64,000 nt of DNA from Amoebophrya sp. A120 (Eukaryota > Protista > Dinoflagellata). The stretch spans positions 7,460,601 to 7,524,600 of the forward strand of contig CAJINV010000003.1 of assembly GCA_905178155.1 (NCBI GenBank), in the 5' to 3' direction. Numbering within the stretch: the stretch's first letter is position 1; each line of letters opens with the position of its first letter. Shown one piece after another: positions 36,601-48,654 of the stretch. The translations under genes were made by a program, and so were the position numbers. A model generated the notes under the pieces. The model was not told the DNA's origin. It worked only from the letters and a program-made list of their open reading frames with translations, and searched no databases.

Positions 36601-39600
36601 TTATTGTGGTCTGACGTCACAAAAAACAGCTTTGACTGGACTGAAAGCTTTGCAGAGAGCATACAGTTGCGATGTGTTGGTGTGATCGTACGCATGATGC
36701 TGTGGCTGTTGAACAAGATGATGGCTCTGCTGCTGATGATGCGCCTGCAGTGTGGACGACGGCATCTGATCCACGGCCACGAAAGCCGGTGGAGCACCAG
36801 CGCCAGGCATCAACGTGTTCCCTGTACCAGTAGTGTTACCGGCCGAAGATGTGATAGCCCGTGCCGCGGTCGCACCAGTATACTGGTGGTATGCGTGCTC
36901 CGCTTGAGATCCGAGTACCGCGGATGTGCCGGTGGTACCACAATTACCGTGCATATCCGCGGGGGCGTAAGCCGCGGACGTTGATGTATTTGCGTAAGAA
37001 CCGCCTCCAGCGCTCATCGTGCCTGCGTGAGGACCACAAACACCTGCTCCCGTCGCTCCGTTTAGAGCACATAGACCTGCACCCGTTACTCCGCTGTTCT
37101 GGAGGTAGTTCACTTGCTGATGTTGATTCTGCTGCGCCACCGAAGATTTGCTCCTTATGGTGCAACAAACAGAAGTCTTGCTGTGTTGCGAGCAATTCTT
37201 GTTCTATCAATACCTCATATAAATCGCGCAACTGCACTGCACCACGAGAGCCGGACGTCTGTTTTACTATTACTTTTCCGACCGCGTAAGTTGATTAAAG
37301 TGCAGCGCAGAAACACAGTCCCAATGTTCATACAGAAGCACCAGCACAGGAGCTTGGGAACTAAATACTTAAAATCAGAAAATGCAGTGGTGAGGCAGAA
37401 ATGTTGCGAGCCGTCATCTTTACAATATGTAGATACACTACGTCGGTGCAAATTTCGCTTCGACTTGCAGGTAAAAGGATTTTGATAGGATAGTGGGAGC
37501 GGTGCAGCTACTGCCCAGGTGGTGCTGTCCTGCCTGCTGGGCTGTGGCGTGATGTTGCGGGCCGGCGGTTGCCTGCGTGGACCCGCCCATCCCCTGGAAT
37601 ACCCCCTCCGCGGAAAAATGCTGGAGCCGCTCTCGCGCCCGGCTGTCACGCTTGCGATCGATGGCCTTTAGTAGTGTCTGGTAAGTTTTTGCGCTCAACA
37701 AACACGCCCGAAAGTGCTTCTTGGCTGCTGCCAGCTCCACGAATTCCAGCGCCATAGTCAACTTATTTTGATGCGCGGCCGCCACCGCGAGCGCGGAGTA
37801 ATGGTAACCCTCAGGACGAAACCCCTCCTGGTCCATCTGCTGCAAAACACTCTTTCCGCGAACCAAGTCCCCATGGTTGGCAAGCGCATGCACAAAGGCA
37901 GAGTACACCACACGCAACAAGTATACCCGAGAAATTATATGCCCCTGCCACAGTCGCGCGCTGCATCCCCGCAGGTAAAGAATCCATTAAAACTCGTACG
38001 ACCAAAATGTATCTGCAAAAGCAGCTGCGTCGCTATATTTTATTCTTGATAAGATTCAAATATTGAATTGCTTCCATCGAACTCCTGCGAACGGAGTTTT
38101 TCAACCTGCTTGTTCCCTCCACATTTCACGACTTATTTCACCCTTTCTAATAAATATCCCTGGGAAAAACGACGTGAGGAGTCCTTTATGCAAGTGCGAA
38201 ATACGACCTAGGCAGAGAACAACAATAACTTCATGTACGCTGCATGTTTGCCTCAACCGGCAGCAAAAAACAGTCTCCGCGGGCGGAACTCTTGTTGTAC
38301 GCAGCGGCTCATTCCGGGGCGCGAACGATTCGTGCCGCGTTCTACAAAGCAGGGGCATTTTAACTTGTGGGTGATAGCGGGTCCTTATCGTTCTGGCTGC
38401 TGGTTTTGGCGCAGTTCTTCGTGTAATAGTCCCCGTACTCGTCGTATGTGCTGTGCTGGTGGTGGTACTTGCCATGGTACCCGTGCCGGCCGCCTTTGCC
38501 CTGATTCTGCTTCAGCTGCTCGAGCACGCCGTAGGCCTTATGGATGTCGATGGGGACGTAGAGCTTTACCAGGATGCTCCACGTTATCGCATTCGGGTAC
38601 ACTCGCTTCTCCGTCATCTCCGCCAGGAGACGCTCCGCAATCTCCACCTTGCCCTCCTTCGCACATCCATCGCTATGAGAGCGCACAGCTCCGCCTCCCC
38701 CTTACTTCAACTACTGGGAGATGAAGGGGGGCATCATGATATTTATTAGAGGAGCAGCAGCGAGAAAAAGAATTGGCGCTATCAACAAAAAATTCGAACG
38801 GTGCTGACAGACAAAGACTCCTGACAGTGACAGTACAGTTGGTATAAAATTATAGGATGCATCACGGAAGGGAAGCAGGTGCACTTGTGCGCTCTACACT
38901 TTCATAGTCCAGCAGGGAGTTGTAAGTGACCGGGTCTATGCATTGCAAATATATCTGGGTCTGGAAGGTTGCGCGCGTTCTTGGTCATGCAGCGTTTGGA
39001 TGGCGCGGAAGCGGATAGCCTGGAATGCACGAAAGACCATTCGAACTTGTGCTCGTCAGCGTCAGGCCCCTTGATCCCTGTCCCGTGTGAGAAATTGAAA
39101 TTCGCTATGTATGATTTGCGTAGGAATGGACAACTTTTGCCACTCATGCGTCGTGCCGAGCGAGTTTCTACTATTTGGAAAAGTAGTTGCATGTCCTGTC
39201 TCTGTGATTCAGAGTTTGCATGAACAAATACAACAAGTTCGCACCCTTCCAAACCTGGACACATTTATTGCAGTGAGTAGGGTCCGCGGCAAAGCCATTC
39301 TGTTCCATCATCTGGAACGTTTCAAGGGCCTTGTCCAGCGCGCCCCCCTGGGCGTACCCCTTGGCAATAATGGAGTAAGTGCAGCCATTGGGACTCAGCT
39401 CGTAGGCCTTGATCATCTGCAGGATCTCCTGGAAGTGGTGGTGGCCACCGGTCCGCGCCACCGAGTCGATCACGGAGTTGAAGGTGAGAATCCCCGGGGG
39501 TAGGTTGAGCTCCTGGATCTGGTACAGGGCCTGCATGGCCTTCTCCGGCTTGTTCAAGCGCCCGTACATCTTGATCTTCAGGCTCATGCTGATGATCGAG

Positions 39601-42600
39601 TGCGGAATGTTCATGGCCTCCATCTCCTCGAAAAGTTCCTCTGCTTTGCGGTCTTCCGACATCTTCAAACACAGGTCAATCAGAGCGCCGAAAAGCACCG
39701 CGTTCAGTGGCAAATTGTCCAGCTCGATTCGCTGCTTCACCTGGAGAGTCAAAATAAGCAAAGCCTTGTTTATTAGCAGCCTTCTTCGTTACGATTACGG
39801 TTTATTACATACGATAGTACACTACGTATTTTGATTCTCGACGCTCGAAATCATGATGATGATCATCATATCGGAGAATAAACACGTGCCGGATGGAATA
39901 TCAAAATTTCGTCACATCACCTCTAGCACCGTTAGGCTCTTTCCGTTCACGTTGACGTTGTGAAGAGCTCTTATATTTTCTCCCTCTACATAATCCGAAT
40001 TTCCGTATGCCGTGGCCGAGCGTGAGCGAATGATCACAGTATCTATTAATAAAGACAATTTATTTGAAGAAGAGCTCTACCCGGAAAGCAGACTCAAGAT
40101 CGCGCTGCTGGGAATAGCATTTGATGAGGAGGCCATATTCGAACTGCGAGAACTTCAGCAGGTCTCGGCTAAGCTCGAAAATTTGTTCCGCCAGGTCAGG
40201 GCGTATCCCAGAGACAAAAGCTGAACCTAGTACATCATCTCAATTCTTCCGTGCATCAAGATGAGTCTGTCATTGGCTGACAACATCACATCGTGTAAAA
40301 GAAGTTTTCTGGTGCGTATACATGAATATTCATTTTCGCATATAGTTACGCTAGCTTTTTTCCCTGGGATAGGGCGCCCGCAATGCGCACAAGCGTCGAG
40401 CAAAGCGCGGACGAGTACTCCGTCGATGCGGCTCCCATTCTGCTATCCTGTGTAAAAACGTCCCCACCCCAGAGTTGTTATGCTAAAGGAATTGCAGCAC
40501 ACTTTGCCCCCCCCTCTGCCCCAGGCCGCAGATGGCTTGACACGCAGGGGGGGTAGGTCAGGCGGACACCAAAGTGCCATCGCCATCATCTCCCGGCCGC
40601 TAACCCCAGAGTTGTTATGCAAATTTGCAATGACAGGAGCGCTTGTAATGCGCTTCCCCATGACAGGCATTTCTAATCGAGTTTTGGCATTTGTAATGCT
40701 GCAAACAGGATAAGCAGATGGATTTCAGATGCGGATGTCCTTGCTAACATGCACTACACTGCGGACTGCAACTTGTCACGCGTGGCTCCCAAAACTTCTG
40801 GATTTGTGTTGCTAAGTTCCCAACTTGACTATGGGGTGGGGACGTTTTTACATATGATATCTGCTGTAGCTTCCACACGTCGTTGAACGCCCGCTCCAGT
40901 ACCTCTTGCTTGACGCTTATCAAATGTAAAAATGTCTGGGTCTGGAAACTTGTGATGCTGGGTGGCGTCTCATGATGAGGCTACAAATGCTGGCTCAGCA
41001 TGACAAGTTTCTGAGCTCCTAGGTGTTGCCTATTCTGCATGACAAACTGCGCTTCTGCATCACAGAAAAACGGAGCTCTTGGGTAACGTGCATGACAGAT
41101 TTAAGAGTCATGCCAGACAAGCATGACAGACATGAATTCTTCCAGACCCAGACATTTTTGCATTTGATAACGCTGAAGTGTCCGCCATTGTTATAGCTGC
41201 GGTTGTGCTGCCCGTATCCGCCGCCTGCCCCCGCGTACGAATTGTGATTGTTCCATTTATTGTTGTGCTGGCCCTTCCCCCCTCCACCTCCATTATTTGC
41301 GTACCAGCCGCTCGCTCCCGCGGAAGAGGAAGATTGCCATTGCGAGGACTGTCCCCAGTTTGAAGAAGCCCCTCCGGAAGATGATGAGGCTGGAGTGTTG
41401 TATTGCTCCCACTGGTTCGTGTTGGCGTTCCAGACCTGCTGATTCTGGTGTTGAACAACACTGGAAGCATTGTTCGTCCCGGCAGTGCCGGGGTTGGTGC
41501 CGAACACCGAGGGTCCATAGTCTTTCATCTGCTTGATGGCCGAGATCAGGCTCGTGTAGGTCGCACAGTCGGGGTGTACGTTGAGAGACTGCATCTCGGA
41601 GACCAGCTGCCACGCTCGAGCGAACTGGTTCAGCTGCACGCAGGTGTGCACCAGCGTGTTGTAGGTGACCACGTTGGGCTGCACTGCGTTGCGTCGCATT
41701 TCGTCCAGAATGTTGAAGGCGCTGTCCGAGTCCCGCTCCATCGCGTATCAAACAAAAAAGTGCCTTAACGTTTTGAACAGTTTTCAAAGATTGCAGTCAT
41801 CGAGGAGATCATGGTGTCAAATTTTGCCTAAACATGATGCAAGATGTTGCTATGCAATACAAATTTTCTTTTTCGCGCTCTGTTTTCTAGTCGTGCATCA
41901 CTACATGCCAACTCCCGTTAAAACGCTTTTTTGGTTGATATCGCGTAGGCACGAATCACCGTGTTGTAGGTCACGCAGTCGGGCTCCAAACCGTCGTCCC
42001 GCATTTGGGTGTACAGGGAAATCGCCTTCCGCGGACGGAAATTCACGATGCAGGCATCTTATCCTGTGCGAAAACGTGGTGCCCACCCCGTAGCCAGCCT
42101 GGCATTGCTGGTAACTTTGATTTATACAACTTAAGGAGTAGTTATGGGTATGGCTGTAGAAGTTGCGCATGACAAGCCTAGATACGGAGCATTGCGGTTG
42201 CAGTGAAGTTTAATTATTGCAGCTGCGTCAATACTCGCCTTTCTGATATTGCTTCGTAAAATCCCAATATACTGGGCATTTGAATTTACACGTTTTTACA
42301 CAGGGTACGTCGATCAGAGAATTCATCATGAAGCTGTCACAGCTTTTCGCCTCCCGGTAGAGGAAAAAAACGCCAAAGGCAAAGTGGAGACACTGCAAGT
42401 GCCCCGCACTGCGGATCAGGATTGTGGACGACGCGGCAAGTGGAAGCTTCTCTTTGGTGTGTTTTGACTCCAACGGCCGCTTATGCATTGCAAAATCTTC
42501 ATCGGATCTTTAGTATTAGGTTGCATTTTTACGATGACGAAAGTTCTCAGGAAAAAGCAACTGCAACTTGGAACCGCTCTTGAAAGTAGATGATGAGGTT

Positions 42601-45539
42601 GTAGCAAAGAAATCGATGGGAACAAGATAGATTCACCCATATAAAAATATGCCAGATCATTGCAACTAGATGGTAAGTGCGACGGCGATACTTTTGCACA
42701 GGCTACCGTTTGTCCATCAATAACTGCGAGGCCTCGAACCGGCGCCCCGCTTCGAACAGTTTGTTCACGAGCAAGCCGTGGATTTCCAGGTCTGCCAGGC
42801 CGTTATCATTCATGTCTTTCAGGATCGCAATTGCGTCGGGCCAGCGGGCGGCGTACGTCAAATTTCGCACCATTTGTGCGTAAATGGCGTGCGTCGCCTT
42901 GCCACGGACCCGGACCTTGTCAAAGAGCTCTAACGCCTGCAAAAATGGATGTAGTTTGAATACACATTTCTTGATAGTACGTAGTAGTGCGGGCTTTTTC
43001 GCAAAAAAAAACGGACAAAAATGGTTCTAAAAACCCGAGTGGGGACCCCTCTGCTCTGCCATCAACAAGGAGGCCAAACGATAATTTAGAATTCAGAATT
43101 ATACCTTGTCGGTGTTCTTCGTTTTGAAATAGAGATCGAACATGAGGACGTAGACGGGGCAGCCGATTCCGCACTGCAGCTTTGTTTTTTCCAGCGGCTT
43201 TGCGGCCTCCAGTTCCATCTCACGGAAGAGCTCCTCTGCCGGAGACACTTCGCGCTTCGAAATGAACCCCTTCAGAAGATGGTAGTAGGCGTACTCGTCC
43301 ATAGGTCTGTCTTCCCGTTTGGACTCGGTCATGAGCTCGCGCATACCGCCCAAATCCTGCTGTTCCGATGCCATCCGGACCTGTCGGAATGAAAATAAAT
43401 TCATCGCCGGAGGATAATTTTCATCGCTTTTCCTCCAAATGGCAGAGGTGCACGGAGGGGAAGAATCAAATCTATCACTTGTGTCACATCAGATAAAACC
43501 TTTTTGTTGCTTGCATTTGATCATCAAAACAGTGAAATTGTGCACCCACCCGTAGGTTGAAAGTTTGCCGGGAGGTGAGGCTGCCCTTGGAGAGCTGAAT
43601 AATCTCGTCCACTTTACCCCATTTTTTTTCGCTCGCGAAGGAGGACAACAGTAGATGATAAAACCGAGAGTTCACACAGTTAGTTGCACGAGCGCGATGC
43701 AAGGCCTCCTCAGCCAGCCCGAGCTCGCCGAGCTTCGCCCAATGCCCCAATATCGCGTAGTAGAGACGTTCGTTCACCGGTGGGTCTATGTGCCGCGCAT
43801 TTGCATCCTCCACTAGAGAGTCGATCAACCCACACACCTCCTTCAGAATGTCCACGGACGCAAGCTCCGTTGCCGCTTGAATGGCGCAGCCACAACCCTT
43901 TGGAATCATTTACTTCCCTTAGAGGCTCTTACGTACTTCTGCAGCAAGCTTTACTTCTACTGCGCTTGTCATCAAAAATATTCATCACAGGAATCGTATG
44001 CGTAGTCAGAATGCATATGCAGTGAAAATAGTGATACATCCACATGAATCATCATCAGAACCTCCTGCTCTCGAACGGCCAACAAAACGTACTCACCTTG
44101 ACATCCACGCTGCGGTGCGCAGCCGCAGCGTCTGCAGCTGGATTCTTACATGCTTGCCCCTGTGCGCCTTTTTTTGCACCATCCTCTTCGCTTCCAACGA
44201 TGTCGCGCGCCACCTCAGCTTCTTTCAACCCTTCCTCCAGGTTCAAGGACGCAGTAGCATCCGCCGAGGGTCCTTGGTGCTCATCGGGGTCGGGAATGCA
44301 GGGAAACGAGGGCTCTGTGCGGTCTGGGCGTGGCTCTGAGAGAGCCGCTGTAACCAGCCTCTGGAATAGCAGCACCAGCAATTCATACTCGCGGTTGCGT
44401 CCCAGCATAAAGAAAACTACATTCACATCCGCCGCGGGCATCAAAATCTGCGTTGTTTACAAAGATGAAGGCGTGCATTCAAGGTATGTACGGCGGTACG
44501 GGACGGAGTGGATACAGTCTCGTCTTTCCGCCAAATCAATGAATGTAGATTTTCGTAGAGTTAGACTTACCCACCACGAGCGACAGATTTGCCGAATCGC
44601 ATGACTGCCGAAACTGGGACCGGTAAGTCATTGCTTCCATATGTTGATAGATAAAGGCAGAGCATCAAAAATATTAGATTCGTACATTTCGCAACTGCAG
44701 CCAATCGTACAAGGAGGAAACGATTTCCCCATTCATCGCGGTGCCCATCTTGCGACAGCCGCGCACAAACAGATACATCCAGCCGGCCATAGCCTGGCGA
44801 TTCTCTGTCTTCTCCTCCGGCGCCAAATTTTTGATGCGCTGCAGAGCCTCCTCACAATGCTGCGACTCGACCAGATCATGGACTTCCACGTACGTTTCAC
44901 CTGTACTATTCTTGCCGAACTAACTTTTTTCCTTGCGCAAGTTTTTATGAAAAGGCAAAGTTGAAACTCCTAATCTGATCCGTGGCATCAGCATCATTTT
45001 CGGCAAAAGCAACACATACGTTGACAAATTGAGAGAAAGAACTACTTAATTCGGAAAAAGTTAAAAGCAAAATTTGGCGCCCTGTAAAGCAGATAGTGAA
45101 ATTTGAAAGTGTATGCTAATACTAGACATTGACGGCGCGGAAGACTTGCTGTAGCCTAAGGTTTCCTCCGCGGTGGTACCAGACCCAAATGCATCTTCTT
45201 CGACATACTTGGCCGCGGCACGGGGGGTTGGAGTAGAAGGCCAATGCTGGCTGGAACGACGCGCTTTGCAGGTCCCGCGGACTGGCGAGCCGCTGTGGGG
45301 AGGGGTGATTTCTAGATGGTTCACGTTTGGGGGTGACTGCTGGTCGTGGGCGCCGAGCGTAGAACTAGTACAGTGCTGCGAGTCGGACGTCGTAACTCCC
45401 GAGCGCGTCGACGCGTCACTTTCCAGAGGCGACGCTTGATGCCGGTAGTGATGCTTTTCGGGATGCTTGTTCGTCTCCAGAGACGCTGTGATCCGATGTT
45501 TGGCGTTTGTTCTTGCTGCAAAGTCTTCCTTGCAGTCAT
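36601..45539 (-). CDS. Pentatricopeptide-repeat (PPR) protein, multi-exon
   Basis: Many 35-aa PPR motifs: PNVVTYNTLVHTCVQ, PDCATYTSLISAI, PDCVTYNTVIRAYA, NAVLFGALIDLC, PGILTFNSVIDSVAR, PNGCTYSIIAKGYAQGG, YNSLLDGCAKEG, PNAITWSILVKLY, VVYSAFVHALANHG. Confidence 0.9.
37205..37487. mobile_element. Degenerate introner in the PPR gene
   Basis: tatcaa...ttgata ends; removing the element plus 5 nt joins ORF 37438-37920 to ORF 36601-37140 in frame. Confidence 0.55.
37922..38376. mobile_element. Introner in the PPR gene
   Basis: tatacccgagaaattatatgcccctgc / gcaggggcattttaacttgtgggtgata; the TSD has decayed; restores DKDP|LRVVYS. Confidence 0.75.
38674..38906. mobile_element. Introner (TATGAG family) in the PPR gene
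   Basis: tatgagagcgcaca / tgtgcgctct...cata; restores YNSLLD|GCAKEG. Confidence 0.8.
40204..40371. mobile_element. Introner in the PPR gene
   Basis: tatcccag...aaaagct / agctttt...ctgggata; TSD gggcg; restores CGRP|DLAEQIF. Confidence 0.88.
40444..40859. mobile_element. Introner (TATCC family) with a nested 119-bp insert
   Basis: The body aligns with 22328-22606; TSD tctgc; the extra segment 40484-40602 is flanked by the 18-bp repeat accccagagttgttatgc. Confidence 0.9.
40918..41169. mobile_element. Introner (TATCAAATG family)
   Basis: TIR of about 30 bp (tatcaaatgtaaaaatgtctgggtctggaa); TSD acgct; restores HFSV|KQEVLER. Confidence 0.92.
41746..41940. mobile_element. Introner in the PPR gene
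   Basis: tatcaaacaaaaaagtg / cgcttttttggttgata; TSD tcgcg; restores RAYA|MERD. Confidence 0.88.
42060..42307. mobile_element. Introner (TATCC family) in the PPR gene
   Basis: tatcctgtgcgaaaacgtg / cacgtttttacacagggta; decayed TSD; restores NSLID|ACIV. Confidence 0.82.
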
Positions 45540-45732
45540 TGCGCTAGTTCTTCATCGTAGTTTAGCAACGACCACACCAGGGAGGTTGGATTTGTTCGTT
45601 GATGCAGTTATCTCTCCAGCATGAAGCTACAAATTGTTCACAAAATTGTGCTCTTAGGAGCAGACACCCCACGTAATCGCAAAAAAAAAACCACTTTGCG
45701 TGAAGGCTACAAAAGTTTGACGCTGGTCGCAA

Positions 45733-48507
45733 TATACCTGGGTGTGAGGGGGAAAAAAACGGGTTACTCCGGTTTTTGTCGAAATCGCGGGTTTTTTTGT
45801 CGATTAACCCGGTTTTTGTCGAAATTCGTGTCGAAGCCGCGAATTAACCGCGACTTCGGCCTGAATTTCGACGAAAACCCTCCTTCCCCATTTCGACAAA
45901 AAGCGAAATAACCCGGATTTCGACAAAAACCCTCCTTCCCCATTTCGACAAAAACCGAAATAACCTGGATTTCGACAAAAATCGGCTTTGTCGAAATCCT
46001 GGTTAAAGTTACTAAACCTCGGAATTTCGACAAAAACCGGAATGGCCTGGATTTCGACAAAAATCCTCCTTCCCCCAGTTCGACAAAAACCGAAATAACC
46101 TGGATTTCGACAAAAATCCTCCTTCCCCCAGTTCGACAAAAACCGAAATAGCCTGGATTTCAACAAAAATCGGTTTTGTCGAAATCCTGGTTAAAGTTAC
46201 TAAACCTCGGACTTCGACAAAACCTGAGTTGTCCCGGCGAACCCAAAACCCGACCCGGTTCTGGGTGCTGCCGCGCCCTATCTGCTCCGCTGGACCAGCA
46301 CCCCAAACGCTCCCGCGCGAACGTGCCCTCCTCGATTGTGTCGAAATTCCGGTTAAAGTTACTAAACCCCGGACTTCGACAAAGCCGAGGTTTAATAACC
46401 ACTTCGACAAAACCGAGAATATACCGGCTTTCGACCACCCAAAACCCGACCCTGGTTTTGGGGCAACCCCCGCCCTATCTGCCATGGTGGGGCAGCGCCA
46501 AAATTGCCCGTCTCGGACATACCCAGACGCAGCCCCACCGCGCCCTCACTGGCGCGTGCGAACCCGGGGTCGGATTCCGCCGCCGTAACCTGCACCCCGG
46601 GGCCGGACCGGGAAGCGGGTAGGTTACGACGAAGAAGGCGAGGGCGCCGCAGTTACGCGTCCACGCGGATACGCGTCCACGCGGATACGCGTCCACGCGG
46701 ATACGCGTCCACGCGGATACGCGTCCACGCGGATACGCGGATACGCGTCCACGCGGATACGCGTCCACGCGGCACCCAAAATCCGACCCGGGGTTCGCAC
46801 GCAGACCCGTCCTATCTACCCCGGCGGCCCTACGCCGGAAAGAGCCGACGCTGAGGCACCTTGTCCAATTGCCTGGCCTTGCCCAGTTCCTCGCGCCTTT
46901 CCCTCGCCCACCCCCGCCCTATTTGCCCCGCTCGACCTGCGGCAAATCGGGCCTGCGCAGACAGCGAGCACAGCTGCATTGTCGGCGAAATCAGTTTTGT
47001 CAAAGTCGGCAGCCAAGGTTAGAAAACCTCGGATTTTCGACAAAATCGAAAATAACCCGGATTTCGACAAAAATCGATTTTGTCGAAATCCTGGTTAAAG
47101 TTACTAAACCTCGGACTTCGACAGAACCTGAGGTCTTCGACAAAACCGGAGCTGTCCCGGGGAACCCAAGTCCAGACCCGGGCTTGGGGCTCAATCCCGC
47201 CCTATCTGCCCCGCTGGACCTGCACCCAAAACGGACCCGCGCGAACGCCCCGACCTCGATTTTGTCGAAATCCGGGTTAAAGTTACTAAACCCCGGATTT
47301 CGACAAAAGCCTCGGACTTCGACAAAACCTGAGGTGGCCCGGCGAACCCAAATCCAGACCCGGGCTTGGGGCTCAATCCCGCCCTATCTGCCCCGCTGGA
47401 CCTGCACCCAAAACGCTCCCGCGCGGACGTCCCGACCTCGATTTTGTCGAAATCCGGGTTAAAGTTACTAAGCCTCGGACTTCGACAAAAATTTCGACAT
47501 AACCCGGACTTCGACAAAACCTGAGCTGTCCCGACGAACCCAAAGCCAGACCCGGGCCCGGGGCTCAATCCCGCCCTATCTGCCCCGCTGGACCTGCACC
47601 CAAAACGCTCCCGCGCGAACGTCCCGACCTCAATTGTGTCGAAATCTGGGTTAAAGTTACTAAACCCCGGATTTCGACAAAGCCGAGGTTTAGTAACCAG
47701 GATTTCGACAAAACCGAGAACATCCCGTCTTTGACCACCCAAAACCCGATCCGGGTGTTGCAGCCACCCGCGCCCTATCTGCCCCGGTGGGGCAGCACCA
47801 AAAGTGCCCGCTCCGGACATACCCAGACGCAGCCCCGCCGCACCCGCACTGGCGCGGTCCCTGATAAAGAGGCAAAGGGGAGGGCCGGGTGACCCGGTCG
47901 GATTCCGGGGAGCGCGAACTCCGTCGATCCGCACCTTTTATTTCGGAAAGAAACTACCGCAGCGGTCGATTCTCGCCCGAGGCAAACTTTCTTTGCGAAA
48001 AAAAGACGAAGGAAACCAAGGGAGCCCCAGCACAAGGGAACGGGGTCACTCGCCCAGGGACAGCGGCCGCCACCTTCCCGCAAACGGAATTTTGTCGAAA
48101 TCCGGGTTATCCGCGATTTTGTCGAAATCCGGGTTGTTCTCGATTTTGTCGAAATCCGGGTTATTCTCGGTTTTGTCGAAATCCGTGTCGAAACCGGGAA
48201 TAACCCGGATTTCGACAAAATCGACCAACCCGGCGAAACCGCGGACCCGACCACCGCGGATCCCGCCGACGCCGGCGGTTAAAGTTAGAAAACCCCGGAC
48301 TTCGACAAAAATTTCGACAAAAAAATCGACGGACAGTGTCGCCCGTGGTTATTTAACCCGGATTTCGACAAAAATTTCGACAATAACCGCGGTTAATTCG
48401 CGGCTTCGACACGAATTTCGACAAAAACCGGGTTAATCGACAAAAAAACCCGCGATTTCGACAAAAACCGGATTAACCCGTTTTTTTCCCCCTCACACCC
48501 AGGTATA
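45733..48507. mobile_element. 2.8-kb non-autonomous foldback-like TIR element
   Basis: 120-bp TIRs at 45733-45852 and 48388-48507 (1 mismatch); the interior is built from TTCGACAAAA motifs and modules of about 185 bp; no transposase ORF. Confidence 0.9.
46655..46772. repeat. 16-bp minisatellite (acgcgtccacgcggat), about 7.5 copies
   Basis: Directly visible tandem array inside the 2.8-kb element. Confidence 0.95.
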
Positions 48508-48654
48508 CCCTTGGTCGCCTCTTGTTGTTCAAACACTATATCGCAAACTGTGCAGTAAAAACTTCACTTCCTTGCCTAACAACATGAAAAAAATCACTCA
48601 TGATGAAAACGGTGGTACCTACTTAATTCTAAAAACAACTAAAACTTTACATTC

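Noticed and set aside
45860-48360. CRISPR-like array of short repeats
   Set aside because: The intervening sequences are themselves repeated, orientation flips, there are no cas genes, and the context is eukaryotic and bounded by TIRs.
45764-48436. Repetitive ORFs (FCRNPG / ISTK) in the 2.8-kb element
   Set aside because: These are translations of the DNA repeats in several frames; no transposase motifs.
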